A DNA stretch of 63,729 bases, filler included, from Rhabdomonas costata (GCA_019059605.1; 26 parts of 26 records of this genome joined end to end with filler, not necessarily neighbours in it), one strand, 5' to 3'. Numbered from the whole stretch's first letter, positions 41,181 to 53,844 are shown. The notes: generated by a model not told the origin, from the letters alone. Made by a program: numbers and translations.

Positions 41181-41628
41181 CCGCGGTTTAACTCCCAACG
41201 TTATCCAAAGCGGCAAACTCTAGACGCTCTTGCAAACACAGGCACACAAACCACATCAATGTTATACCATGAATTTTCAAAAAGCCACAAATTCAGGAGA
41301 CCAACATAAGCACTGATTCAACAGTTTAACACCTAGAATAACCTTTTCGTTAATAGGAAATGTCGAATGAAACGTTTATGCTATTTGGACAACGACTCTT
41401 GCGCTTCGAATGCGATGGACATTGCGTATCCAGCGCAACAGCTTTCCTCAGCCCACTGAGCGCCAGGGGCTGCCGCCGCCCGCGGCTCGCAGCTTGCGTA
41501 GATAGCCACATGGTATAACGAAGGTGGTTGCCCGCCACCAACGGTCTGGAACATACGCAGCTCACATGAGCTAAGAGGGAACAGGGAAATAAGTTCCGCT
41601 TTGGATAACGTTGGGAGTTAAACCGCGG
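41181..41628. mobile_element. MITE / non-autonomous DNA transposon, 448 bp, perfect 33-bp terminal inverted repeats
   Basis: CCGCGGTTTAACTCCCAACGTTATCCAAAGCGG at 41181-41213 and its exact reverse complement at 41596-41628; non-coding interior. Confidence 0.85.
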
Positions 41629-41740
41629 CTACCACAAAACNNNNNNNNNNNNNNNNNNNNNNNNNNNNNNNNNNNNNNNNNNNNTTAATTAATTAANNNN
41701 NNNNNNNNNNNNNNNNNNNNNNNNNNNNNNNNNNNNNNNN

Positions 41741-43855
41741 GTGGGTGGAGTCAGCACAAAGGTGAGGTTCAGAGAGAAGAGCCTGGCCACCGGGTCAAAG
41801 CCCAGCAGGCGGTGGCTCTCATTGTCGTACACCTGTCCCCCCACACGAGGAGGGATTACACCACTAATACAATAAACAACCACCAAGACAACCGCAAAAC
41901 GGCCTTTCTCAAGTCGTGGTGCAAGGCCCTCCTCTCCATATCAAAGCTGAGCTCAAGGAAACCATACGAGCACCGTCGGGATCATTCCCACACAAACTCA
42001 AAAACCCCTATGGGGTCCAATCCCTGCCCATTCCAATGGCGAGGTCGAGGGGTACATGGACAAGGGAAGCGAGCGCGGGTACCCAGATCGAGATGTCATC
42101 CAAGGTAACATTGACACCAGACAGGTAGGACTCCCGGGTGGACTCAGAGGAAGGAATGTCGATCTCGAAGGGCTCGCCCACTATGTCAAAGGTCTGGTTG
42201 GACCGGCTGTACACGAAGCCATCGAAGGTGACCTCGATGTAGCTGGGCAAGGGCATCGCTCTGCATTTGTGAGGGATCAATCAGAGCAGAATGAAGCGAA
42301 CGGTGGCAGCAGTGCAGATCATTGGGCCGGAAAGAATCGCCAGGATGGCAGAATGACGTAGCCGGGAAACCATGCACGTCCGCCTCGTGGAGAGGTCTTC
42401 GTTTCGCGACCAACTAAAAGCAATGCGCCTTTCCTGATTAGTCGTGGAGGCTCAGCATCAGGATCGCCACCGAGAATGACATGAGGGGTTGACAACCCAC
42501 ATCCCAAACGGGGGACAGTTTGCGGGATATCAGCATAATTCAGCCAGCCCCTCGTTATCAGAGAACACGAGCAATGCCACTCAACAAAGGTTATGGCATG
42601 ACAGTGTTCTCTTTAGTTCGGGAGAGGCGATGACGGGGAACCCAGGCAATGGGGCACCTCGCCATCCCCACTGACATCGCAATTTAGAACCTGCCGCCTT
42701 CCAATTGCCAGTTGCATCGGAAACCGACCGTTTCAGAATCAGCTTGTCCTGATAGAAACTAATGCCGACAAAATGCCACACACCTCACAACCAGACAGTC
42801 AAGAATAGGGAAAAAATCGGGGAAGGCGAGAAACACCTGGTCATCACAGGCTGCTCGCAGGTCACCTCCTCGCTGGTGCTGAAAACCAGAGCGGTGTAGA
42901 TCGGGGGGATCCACCGCGGGGCTGGCGCCGCGGTGTAGAACATGCACCGCACGTAGGGCGTGCTGGAGAAGCCCTGGCCGGGTAGTGTGATGACCAGAGA
43001 GGTGTTGTAGTAGCCCCGGCTGCGAGGACAGAGGACAAGCGGCAGGCACCCATCGTTTTGGATCACACTTGTCTTCATTCGCAGAGCAGCGAAAAGACCA
43101 AGAATAAGTGCAACAAGTTCCAACAACTTTCAGTTCGACAGATATAACACACCAGATGGGTAGAGTTCCTCTATCGATCATGATCGATTGTCAAGTGACC
43201 CAAAACTACACTCCATTCACAAAATTGCGGAGGTTTAGAGCGGTTTGGAACATAGAACCGTATCGGCCTTCAGAAATCCATAGAAGCGCACCTCGGCTGC
43301 ACCGCAAGGATGGTCGCGCTGGCCCTCTGGATAAACGGGATCAAATTCCGCGTGGTGGTTGAACCCAAGCCGATCTCCAGAGGAATCCCGGAACACCCTT
43401 GCTCGCCTCCAGAGGGGGTCGTGCACACCATAGTGGTGTCGTTCAGCACCACCGGGCTAGAGTCCACCAACTGTAGCCCATTCCCATCGCACCATGCAGG
43501 TTGCACACAGCCACAGGTTTTGCTCGGCATTGCACTTGAACTACCAGTGTTTGGCATGAAAGGTATTCAAAAGAAGACGAAGGAAAGTCGAAATACAGTA
43601 CGGTATGAAGAATATGAGAAATGGGGGACAGAAAAGGCTTTCCCCACGAAGGGGCGCTCCAAACGTTGCACAAGGCGCGAATCAAAAGAAGAGGGCTTCG
43701 CAGCTGAGGAACGCTGCAGAAATAGGGAACGCCAAAACCGGGTGCAAACCGGATGACACAGACACGTAAACACACAGTCACCGTTCCGAAGAAGCACCGA
43801 ATCGTCCAGGAAGAGTTCAGAAATCCGTCGCCGACGACGGTAATCTTTGTACCTC
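41741..43855 (-). CDS. IPT/TIG-repeat surface protein, five internal exons
   Basis: GGTKITVVGDGFLNSSWTIRCFFGT|LVDSSPVVLNDTTMVCTTP...VQPS|RGYYNTSLVITLPGQGF...VRCMF...VTCEQP...|...YIEVTFDGFVYS...ISIW|VYDNESH. Two IPT repeats, GT-AG introns in phase. Confidence 0.82.
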
Positions 43856-44744
43856 CTGTGGGAGATAATTTGGTGGAAAAAGCAAGGAGCTCCCTGAGGG
43901 CCCCAGCTTCACCGAAAAAAGAAACTCCCTCCCCTGTCCCCGCCGCTGATAATACACACAAAGAAATTGGTCAAAAACTTACAGCACAGAAATAAAGCAG
44001 GGCTTTCCCACCCTCAGGACACGATTGTGGAGGCTGTCGTGCGCTTAATCAAGTGTGTATTCCAGTATCCTTCGTTGCGCCTTATCAAACCACAANNNNN
44101 NNNNNNNNNNNNNNNNNNNNNNNNNNNNNNNNNNNNNNNTTAATTAATTAANNNNNNNNNNNNNNNNNNNNNNNNNNNNNNNNNNNNNNNNNNNNCACCC
44201 CCCCCCCCGCCATTTCCGGCCTCATCCGCCCGCTCCAGTCCTCATGCATCGCTGTCCCAGTTTTCCACCAAAGCCCCAGGCTTGTCCCTAGTCATCTAGT
44301 TTGTAGGCCACCCCCAAAATTTCTTGAAACTGCTTGACCCTTCCACTTCTCGTATGGGTGCACTGGCGCAGTTTACGTGCCTCTCTCCTTGTTGAAGTGG
44401 CAAAAGTCTTTTTGTCTTGCTGACCGATTGTTCTCGAAAGGTGCTTTGGGCCTCAAAACCCAAGAGCCTGTGGTTTAAGATGTGACAAATTTTTAGTTGT
44501 AACCGCTGCTGGAGTTGCCAACAGATGACAGCTCGCAGACTCCCTGACAAGTTTCCAGTTAGCAAGTTTTGTTAATTCATACGGATGACATACGAGATCA
44601 ACCCCCACCCCTCGCTGTGATGCTGTGGTGTGCCACGGTGGCCCGGTCCTTTTGACCGCCAATCTTCATGGTAGGCCGTTGAAGTGTGAAGCACTGCTTT
44701 GGATTACTTGGTGTGCTTTTTGTTGTGGTTCATGTGTTTCACAG

Positions 44745-46321
44745 GTAAGCTCGGTGGCGATCCAGCCCTTCGGGCAGATCATCCTCTCCCGCATCCCCAT
44801 GACCCGCCTGCAGCTGTACCACATGAACAAGGCAATGCCTACCACACATACAACCCTACATTCACCCCATGCATGCAGATACACCCATCCAGTATCTATG
44901 TAATGTCCGGATTGATTCCCGCGTTTATTTCGATGGCCACGTGGGCCATTCAAACATGCCTTTCAGCCTTTCAGTCCCAAATCTTTGTGTATTGCTATGC
45001 TTTTTCTTCGTGGTGCTTTCAGGTGAAAACGGCCTTGTTTGGTCACTTCAACATTTGTGGAGTAGACCATGCCTTCTGCGTGTGCCACCTGGTCTCCAAC
45101 TTCAGCACCGCCGTGGACATCCATGCCCTTCGTCAGGTCCTCGCGTCGTAACAACCCCACCTCTGACACCCGCATGTTTGAAGAGTTCAGGAATCGATGT
45201 GCACATTTCCTGCACCTGACCTTGGCGCTTGCAGCAGTGAGGGTGTCGCTTGCTTTCTAACTTCGGATTTGGGGTTTGGGTATGTGAGGGAGGCAGCCAC
45301 TAGCTGCACATCTGAGAAGTCTTTGGATCGCAGTTGCTTCCCCAATGCCTTGCCTGGTCGGTCGTTCACCGGTGCCTCTGCGGCCACAGGTGCATCTGGA
45401 CGCGATCTTCTTCGAGCTGGGCCGCCGTGCTCCCTGCAGCATTGTCATCGGAGACTTTAACTTCGGCGACGACGAAGGGAGCTACCAGCTCCACCCCTAC
45501 ATCGACGTCTGGAAGGAGCTCCGCTCGGACCACCCTGGCTACACCTACGACGTTGCTCACAATGGCCTGGCCCAGGTTCCCCCCACCTCCTCCCGTTCAG
45601 CGACAATTCTCCAGAAAGGAGGGACAACGCTCTTGTTAACGTGCTGCTGGGTGGACCAAAGCAAGCTGAGGAATTGTTAGCTCATGCGGCCTTGGTGGTG
45701 GGGTACAGGTAACGATGAAGCCCGACTCTGTCTCCCGGAGGTATGACAGAATACTGATCAACTCCAATGTCCTGCGCCCGGTGAAGATAGAGCTATTTGG
45801 TGTGTCCCCCTCCCCTCCCCTCTTCCTCTTCTTTTCTCCCGTCTTCATCCTCTGCTACTGTGCATCCAAAGGAGTTTGTCGTAGCTTCCACATCCACATC
45901 CACTAAGAAATACTTGAAGGGGACTGTGTGTTGTTTTTTTGTGAGTGATGTAAGGGAAGAGGGGGAGGTAGAAAGATAATGGAGCGATCATGGAGAGTAT
46001 TCGGCCCATAATCCCGCGGGGGCTCATCTGACACCAATAAGGGATCCCTTCCTTACATTCCCTTCTTATTTCCCTACCCTGTCTTTAGGGACGAAGCCCT
46101 ACGCTCTGCTTCCCCAGCACGCCTCCATCAAGCGCAGCCCCACCACAGCCTCTGGGGGGGTACCCGGGCAGACATACCTCTCGGACCACTACGGCCTGAT
46201 CTGCCAGCTGGTCCTTTGCCACACCCTTCACCTTCCCTTGCTTCCTTTCGAGCCGCTGCTGAGGGTTTCTTCGCTTTCAAGTCGAGAACGCTACTTAAGC
46301 TGCGATGGGTCTCGGGTCTAG
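44745..46321 (+). CDS. Endonuclease/exonuclease/phosphatase family, TDP2-like (exons 44745-44831, 45023-45136, 45390-45575, 45709-45799, 46089 onward)
   Basis: Motifs GQIILSR, VCHLVS, IGDFNF, DVWKEL..PGYTYD, RYDRIL and LSDHYGL in order. The first intron is GC-AG; the 3' end is uncertain. Confidence 0.88.
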
Positions 46322-46948
46322 CAAAATGCGCGACGTACCTTTGCTTGGTTTCTCTGCAGAATGCACTGCTTGCTACCATTGTGTTGACATCTCCACGTTC
46401 GAAGAATCACGTTTCGAGCAAACACCACCCCTCTCTGCGTGAGGTGGCAGGCAGCAAGAGCGATAACCGGTCATGAAGGGTTCGCGATGATCGGCGAGAA
46501 CGAACCATGCAGGAACCATGCAACTTCTGGGGTATCCATTCTTTTCTATGNNNNNNNNNNNNNNNNNNNNNNNNNNNNNNNNNNNNNNNNNNNNTTAATT
46601 AATTAANNNNNNNNNNNNNNNNNNNNNNNNNNNNNNNNNNNNNNNNNNNNGTGGGGGTGGGTGTGCATTTAATGTGCACTTAGGCTGGATGTTTCAGGTA
46701 AGGCCCACAAGGGTTCCAGCGGAATGCAAAGCAGTGTGGAAAATCAATGCCCGTATGACGCCAGACGCACCTCTGCGACGCCAGGCGCACCTCTGACCAC
46801 CACCGTATAAAGCAGAAACCAGCAGGGAAGAAGAGCAACCCGAACAGAACAAGCATGACATTTGATAACACCACCATTGTCGTTATACAAGCGATTATAA
46901 AAAACCGCCTTTGCGCGTGCCAGTCAATGACGGATGCCCCCACCACTA

Positions 46949-48987
46949 TTAGGTCATCCCAAAGCCTGCGTCCTCTGCGTGGTGGAGGACGTTGAGCACC
47001 GCCTCCCGCATCTCCGCCAGGCTGGGGTAGGCCGGGAGGTTGATCTGGTTGTTGCATGTCGCTGCCGTGGGCCATATGGAGCGGTGCTCCACAACCTGTG
47101 GTTCAGGGGTGAGTTTACGCCCTACCACTGACGAAATTGCACCACAACAACGGCGACTCAAATAGTTCAACGTCGCAATGGTAGTAGCTGCAGTAGTCGC
47201 AATAGTACCTGCTGTATGCAATGCCCTTGTTTTGGGGATTGAGAAACACCACAGCCACAACAAGTGTTCAATGTCCAATGGTCCACAACAGACAGAGAGG
47301 CAGAAGCAGAGAGGGGGGGTGCGAAGGTGTTGTGTTCAAAAGAAAAAGTGCGGAAAGCTGGTGTGTGTGTGTGTGTGCAGGATGCTGGATGAAAGCTTCT
47401 TCGGGATCCGTGCGATGTATGGCTGGTGTGTCGTCGGTGGTGTGGATGTTGGGGGAAACAAAAACCACGGGGACGGACGGGACCGGCCTGTTGCACAAAA
47501 TCACAGGGTGTAGCGACCAAAAAAAGATAGTTTCAGGCGTGGTCCGCCCCCTGGTTAGATTTGGAAGCCTAGCGCTTGCATTGCATCGAAACGGTGCTCA
47601 GGGCTGGTTTCTCTGCTGTAATCCCGCTGTAATCCCGCTGTAATCCCGCAGCCCAGCAATGCGCACACATCTTGGTTAGTATGCAGCTGGTAAAGGCTAA
47701 CAGCACGCTTATTACACCGCCACTTCATAAAGAAACGTCGCCGCGTAGAAGCGGGCATCCGATGCAATTCACAGTGAGATGACACAAAACAATAGTGGGG
47801 ATGTAGTGGAATGTAGTGGAGTTGGGGTGGGCCTCGTCGACCTGGAGCTGGAACCGGGGCTTCAGGCCTGCGAAGCCCCCCAGGGGCAGCCTTGGGCTGC
47901 CCGTGACGAACTGCAGGAGCTGCCGCCTTTGGGCCTCCGACAGCCCTTCAAGGACCTCCCACCACCACCTCTGCACCGCCTCCGTGGCCACGGCAGCGGA
48001 GAGCGGGATGTACCCCAGGGCCAGCGCCGTGGAGTGGGCCGAGGTGTCCGTGAGAATCCTTCGCGCCGCAGGGAGAGATCGGTGCAACTCGATGGCTTGG
48101 TGTGAAATCGAAAAACTTAGGTGAGCGGCGTTCTGGTGCAAAGGGAAGTTCAGGACCTTTTTCTTTACTGATTTATTCCGAGAAGAATTGAGGAAAGGCA
48201 GCTCTCCATTTCGGGCAGCTCTCTCTCTCCTGGCATCTGCTGAGCTTCTTTTCAATAATTAGCGGAAGAAGATTTCGGACAACCTGACTTCGACTGAGGG
48301 GGATGCCTGCTAAGTGGTACAGTCTGTTAATGGTTGCGGGTACTGGAGTCGCGGGCGTTGCTATGGAGCCACGCCATGCGACGTGTAACGGCGATAAGGA
48401 ATTTTTGTCTGGTGCCTTGCGGTGGTTGGTACCTCGCTGTCGACTTGACCCTCGAGGCAAGTGGTTCCAGGCGGCCATCCTTTTTGAGACTACTCTCTGA
48501 GAACACTCCTGAAAGAAGGGCCTCCTGCCAAGTCGTATAGCCGCCTTGCAGGAGTTCCGCCTTCCTTTCGCACCGCCAGGCGCCAACCGCGCTTCGACTC
48601 CAGCCTGGACTTGGCGGAAAGGAGGATTTGCTGCCTTCTAGACAATGTGGTGGTGGGCGAGAGACTTTAGAGGGACTGGCGTTGCAAGGTAAAACGGCTC
48701 GAACCCGATTTACCTTGCAACGCCACTCCCTCTACAGTGATCCCCCATGCTCCATTTTACTAAACCTGTGCTGATTGATGCAAAATCTGGACGCTGGTTG
48801 AAGAGGAAGAGCTTTCCTGAGCGAAAAGCACTCTTTCGGCGAAAGAGCAGAATAGGTACCACTTCAGGAAGCCCGTGACCGTGGCGGCATTGCTGCAGTT
48901 CAGGGCGAGGCTGCGGTTGTCGATCAGGGCGTAGGCCAGGCCGAGAATGGGGTAAGTGTTCAGCCCCGGAAGCCCAATCACATCGGC
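46949..48987 (-). CDS. Chimeric CDS: PstS/periplasmic-binding-protein-like C-terminus fused to a HECT E3 C-lobe (exons 48987-48860, 48058-47842, 47095-46949)
   Basis: NTYPILGLAYALI...NCSNAATVTGFLKW|ILTDTSAHSTALALGYIPLSAAV (PstS-like) runs into WWWEVLEGLSEAQRRQLLQFVTGSPRLPLGGF...|WPTAATCNNQINLPAYPS...GFGMT* (HECT). Intron phases are consistent. Confidence 0.8.
48668..48734. repeat. Near-perfect inverted repeat (26-bp arms, 1 mismatch, 15-nt loop) inside an intron
   Basis: TAGAGGGACTGGCGTTGCAAGGTAAA ... TTTACCTTGCAACGCCACTCCCTCTA. Confidence 0.9.
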
Positions 48988-49441
48988 CTGCACGAAAAAC
49001 CCCCCNNNNNNNNNNNNNNNNNNNNNNNNNNNNNNNNNNNNNNNNNNNNTTAATTAATTAANNNNNNNNNNNNNNNNNNNNNNNNNNNNNNNNNNNNNNN
49101 NNNNNTGTTTTTCGGGCGTACGAGCACATTCCGTCACTCACCCGACGCCCACAAGGATTGAAAACACACAAACCCCTTTCAGTGACCTCCGCAAAAAGCG
49201 GTTTTGATGAAGATTAAGTTCACACCCCTGTTCCGTGCGCGCTAAAGTGAGTCCACTATAAACTAGTGGCAGTGCCCAAAGTGACATACCCGAGCGGGTG
49301 ATGTGGAGCCCTCTCCTCAATTTTTCAAATTTTTCAGCTGAAAAAAAAAATTGAAAAATGTGCACAAATCACCCAGGCGACGCTGAAACACCTAAATTCA
49401 TCATTGCTGCCCGAAATTGGGACAAATCCAACAAACAGGAC

Positions 49442-50785
49442 CTGGCCTCGAGAATCGAGCCCGTCCATGAGGGCAAGCAGAGTGGAGACAATAGCAGCGT
49501 GGGTGTGGTCCTGCTTGGAAGACCGGACGGGGGCAAGCCCGTCGAGCTCGTCGAAGAAGATAATTGAAGGCTGCCTTCTCCTCGCCTCCTCAAAGAGCAG
49601 TCGGAGTTGCTTTTCGGATTCCCCAACCCTAGTGCGGGAAGGAAAACAATGTCCTCATAACAGTTTGCGAATGCGTAAAATTTCAAGTCAAGGGGAGGTA
49701 AAATTGGGGTCACACCACTTAGACAAAATGTCCGCGCCCTTTCGCATGAAAAAGGTGATCTTCTGGTCCGCGGATGCGCACGCGTTGGAAAGGGCTCTGG
49801 CCACAAGAGTCTTTCCAGTGCCTGGAGGACCTGCAGTGGAAATAAGAACGAACCAAACAAAGTAAACTTCAGCGGAAACTGACAAGTGGGAAGAAGTTGA
49901 CCGGCGACTTAACTTCATTCTAAAGACTTCCATCTAAACAATCTAATCCCGGCGTTTTGAGAGTTACCCTTTTTGAATTTTTTCAGAGTCTTGGGTTTAA
50001 TTGGAAATCAGAAAGACACAAACCGATGAACAGCACTCCCAGAGGAGGCTCCATATGAAATTTCGTGTACACTTCAGGATACAGCAGAGGAAAGGATATC
50101 ATCTCCTTCAGCTCATTGATGTGGTTTCCCAGACCTGGGTGCCCCGGAAAGCATAAGAAACAACACGCCTATTTAGGAGAGTAAGCATTTTAAAATGACC
50201 CTTTTCCAAGGACCTCCAATGCTGTCCCACGTAATGGTTCTATCAACGGCAAGAGGAGTGATGTCACCGGCCGTGCCTTCACATCGACGAAGGGAATGAC
50301 GCATGTGGGTTCCATGGAGAGAGGACGGATCCAGGGAAAGCTTGTATTTCTTGTACAGTCTGTGCAAAAACAACTTGCAACAGATGAACGACAGACACGA
50401 AAAATAATTCGTTGAATGAAAAGGAAATGGACCGAAAATGTTTGCGGTGTAGGTCAGACAAATCAGACGCCGTCGAAGAATCGGGTGAGGAAGAGGACTC
50501 ATCGTCAACACTGCTTCCGCTTCCAGCACGCTCCCATCTGGAGAGGGGGAGAATGCCAGTGACCCCCACCCAATTCTTTTTTGGGACCTTCCGGAGCAAA
50601 GGCAACGGAACACAAAAGGAGTGGACCGGTGCCGGCGGCGTTTCTTCCCATCCTGCTCACGTAATCTTGGCAGACGGGAGTCACGTTGCTCTCGAGACAC
50701 AGGCTTGCCGTGTGTGTCTACTGAGCAGGCAGGATCAAATATCTGAAACCGATCAACCTCCTTGCGGTGCCGTCTCATGTTATAC
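49442..50785 (-). CDS. ATAD2: ATAD2/Yta7-family AAA+ ATPase, first ATPase domain, multi-exon
   Basis: ITWDSIGG|LGNHINELKEMISFPLLYPEV...PPLGVLFIG|PPGTGKTLVARAL...ITFFMRKGADILSKW|VGESEKQLRLLFEEA...IIFFDELDGLAPVRSSKQDHTHAAIVSTLLALMDGLDSRGQ (diagnostic FFMRKGAD and APVRSSKQ). Confidence 0.95.
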
Positions 50786-52011
50786 CTGACAAAAATGATC
50801 ACTGGTGAACGAGTGGTTGTGTCAATCAATTGGATTGAATCAAGTTTGATTTAAGATTTTTTTTTTGAATGTTTTGTTTTTTGGCAGCATGGCTCCTATC
50901 GGGGCACGGGAAAGTCACTATTTTGGCAGCACCTCAGTGAGAGCGAAGTCGAAGGAGGCTTCAAGGTCTTTTGCACATAGCAAAGCCTCCCGAAACGGTG
51001 CGTGGCTGGAACTTGGGATCATGGTTTCCCATCTTTCACCCTCGGCCCTGGGTGGCCCTTTCCTTGCCCTTTTGTACCGCTTCTTGCTCCATGCAGAAGC
51101 GAGGGCTCATAACAGCACTCTATCAGACTGGGCGAGCGCATAACCACAACCGCGCCTTAAGCCTTCGTCCCGTCAACGCCAACCTCCCACTCCTCAGAAA
51201 CGAAGAGAAGGCCAGCGCCCACCGCCCAGGTGCAGCCAGTCATTATCCAGGATTTCACAAAATCTTATATTATAAATTAACCCGTCACCTGTCACCTTCT
51301 TAAGGTTAGGTTGTAATTTTTCTTAGTTTCAAACACCAAAATTGGTTCTTGTCACGACACTGCACCCCCGGCAGGTAGAAGGAAATTCACGTACCCGCCC
51401 AGCAACATGCCTCCACCCGGGATGGGGCCCCATTTTGCCCCCATTTTACACACAAAAAANNNNNNNNNNNNNNNNNNNNNNNNNNNNNNNNNNNNNNNNN
51501 NNNTTAATTAATTAANNNNNNNNNNNNNNNNNNNNNNNNNNNNNNNNNNNNNNNNNNNNTTTGTTTGGTGCACGTGTTCTTCACCAGAGTCTCGACCCAT
51601 TCCAGTATCTGGGCCATGTTGAAGGACCCGTCTCTCTCACTCTCAATCACACACACACACACACACTCTCTCTCTCTCACTCACTCTCACTGCTTCGCTT
51701 CCTCCATGTCCATCTCATCATCGTCCTCGTTGAAGATCTTGTCGACGTTTTTTTTTTGAAGGGTAAGGCCCTCTTTTTTTTGTGTGGAGTTATTTACATT
51801 TTTTCCTGCGCCATGTTCCGGACCGCAACCACTTCCCATTGCGAAGCGAACAATATCACACCTGGAGTCAGTTCCACCGCTGTGGAGTGCCCATCCACAT
51901 GTGCTACCTCGACTTCCCGATTTTCCTTGCTCAGTCACCAACTGTCATCCCAGGTATTTTGCTTTCACACACACACACAAAGCACACAAGAATAGCACAC
52001 ACACGCGCAAC

Positions 52012-53844
52012 CAGCTGCTTTGCCTGGACTCTCCTTGCAAAGAGACCAGCCATTGCGGCGGTGGAGTGGTGCTTTCGCAACGCCATCTCGTGGTGCTCTT
52101 CCGCAAAGGTGGCCTCGTGGACCACAACCTCCGCATCCATACACAGCGGGACCATTCTCTCGCTGTCAAAAGTGTCGCCCAGTATGACAAACCTATAACC
52201 CAGCAACCAGCAAGCAAAGTACGTACCAAATTCGTTGCAAACTTTCGCAAGCCACGTTGCAAATCGTTGCAAATCATCAAATTCGCAAGCCAATGCAACA
52301 ATTCGACTTTCCCGTTTTATACCGTTGTATCTTCTCAAACAAAACCTGCGGTACCCCTGTCGCCCTCCCGGTGCATATTAGAAACCCTGTGAGCGCTGCG
52401 TTTCGGCTGTGCCCTGCACATTCGTGTTCCGCGGTTGCCTGGGACGGTGTATACCAGACAAAAGTTTGCGGGAAAAAAAATATCAAAAATCCATTGTGAT
52501 GAGTGGACCCGCCCGTGATAATGTGATGCAGTGATTTTTGTGGGCTGCAGGCGGCCAAGAGCCAGTTGCCGATCCCCTTTCGAGTGGTTCCTTCAAAAGT
52601 ACGTTTTGGTCGTAAACCCTCCGCTGCGTGGGGCTGCGCAGCGGGTTAAGAGAGAGAGGCCAAGGGTACTACAACCGGCCCAGGGTGAAAGGTCGGGAAT
52701 ATCCTGACCCCAACGTCCGGCCACGCAGGGTTTCGGGAGGCCTGCTGTATATACTAAAGACCCCACGCCTGCTTCGGCTTCGCCCCTATAAAAAATTGTT
52801 TCAAAAAGGATTGTTTTTTCTCTTTTGCGACCAAATCACAATAGAGTATGACTCACCCACGAAAAAACAATATCGCCAATCTGCGCAAACCAAAAACCAG
52901 TTTTTTCTCCGGGGCGGGTTAATTACCAGGTATAACCAGGGATATAACCAGGGTTATAACCAACCAGATATTTTTCTTACAGCCCTTCCGCAGAGGAGAG
53001 TTGAATTGCAGGGGATGACCGAGGGAGCTGTCGAGAGCAAGTGGAGCGCACTCATTACATTTTACAGCGTTACAGTTTACAGTCATCACGGACTCTGACC
53101 TGCCCAAACAACGAAACCCTTCCAAGGGAAAACTTCTCCTGAGCAACGTACCTGCGGCCTTTTTGAGATGGAGTCATCACTTCGGAAGGGTGGACAACTC
53201 TTCCATTCGGCAGAGTCACGCTTTCGCCTGCCTGAGGGCAAACGTGCACGAGGAGAGAACCATTTGGCGACTGTTTGTGGTCAGATCTTTTCTAAATTCA
53301 GAAATACAGAAGGTTTTTGTGGGAACCCAGAACACCGCATGAAGATAATGAAGCGGTCCGAAAAAGGACGCACTGCATCACCCTTCACGGAGATAAAAAC
53401 GAAGAAAAATGAAGTTTGCGAAGTTACCTGCTTTTTAGGATTTTGCTGATGAATGGATCTGATACGCTCCTCTGAAGCTAACTGCACCCCCCCCCCCCGT
53501 CGGTTCAGAAAGCTTGCAGTAAAGGCATACACTGAGGTAGGGCATCTTACACAAGGCTTCATGTCACTTCATGTCAATACCAAATCTTCGACTTCGACGA
53601 CGGTGCAGATGATATGGTTGATGGCGGGTGAAGGTACCTTGAGTTGGCTGCACAGAGGCCCGCGAACACCCAGCTTCTTCAGATTTTCCGCGTTCATCAT
53701 CCCTGGTCTCTCGGGCTCAGTGACAGCATAACCCAGGCAGATTAGCCCCGGAGCGTGGGACAGCTCTGCTGCACTCACACAAGGATCTGTCGCAGAGCTT
53801 TCGATAAAGGCGTAGGATCCATCCGTCGCAGAAGGCCGAAGAAA
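52012..53844 (-). CDS. RNase Z (tRNase Z, short ELAC1/Rnz-like), exosite to HEAT/HST motifs (three exons)
   Basis: SHAPGLICLGYAVTEPERPG...KLGVRGP..SQLK|AGESVTLPNGRVVHPSEV...GRR|FVILGDT...VVHEATF...HHSTAAMAGLFA. Introns are GT-AG and in phase. Confidence 0.88.
52925..52965. repeat. Short tandem repeat (TATAACCAGG-like, about 3.5 copies) in the RNase Z intron
   Basis: accaggtataaccagggatataaccaggggttataaccaaccag. Other short tandem repeats occur at 3470-3520 (10-mer) and 47616-47648 (CTGTAATCCCG x3). Confidence 0.7.

Noticed and set aside
51560-52011. RNase Z apparently lacking motif V (HFS)
   Set aside because: The exon probably lies beyond the contig end, so absence cannot be concluded.
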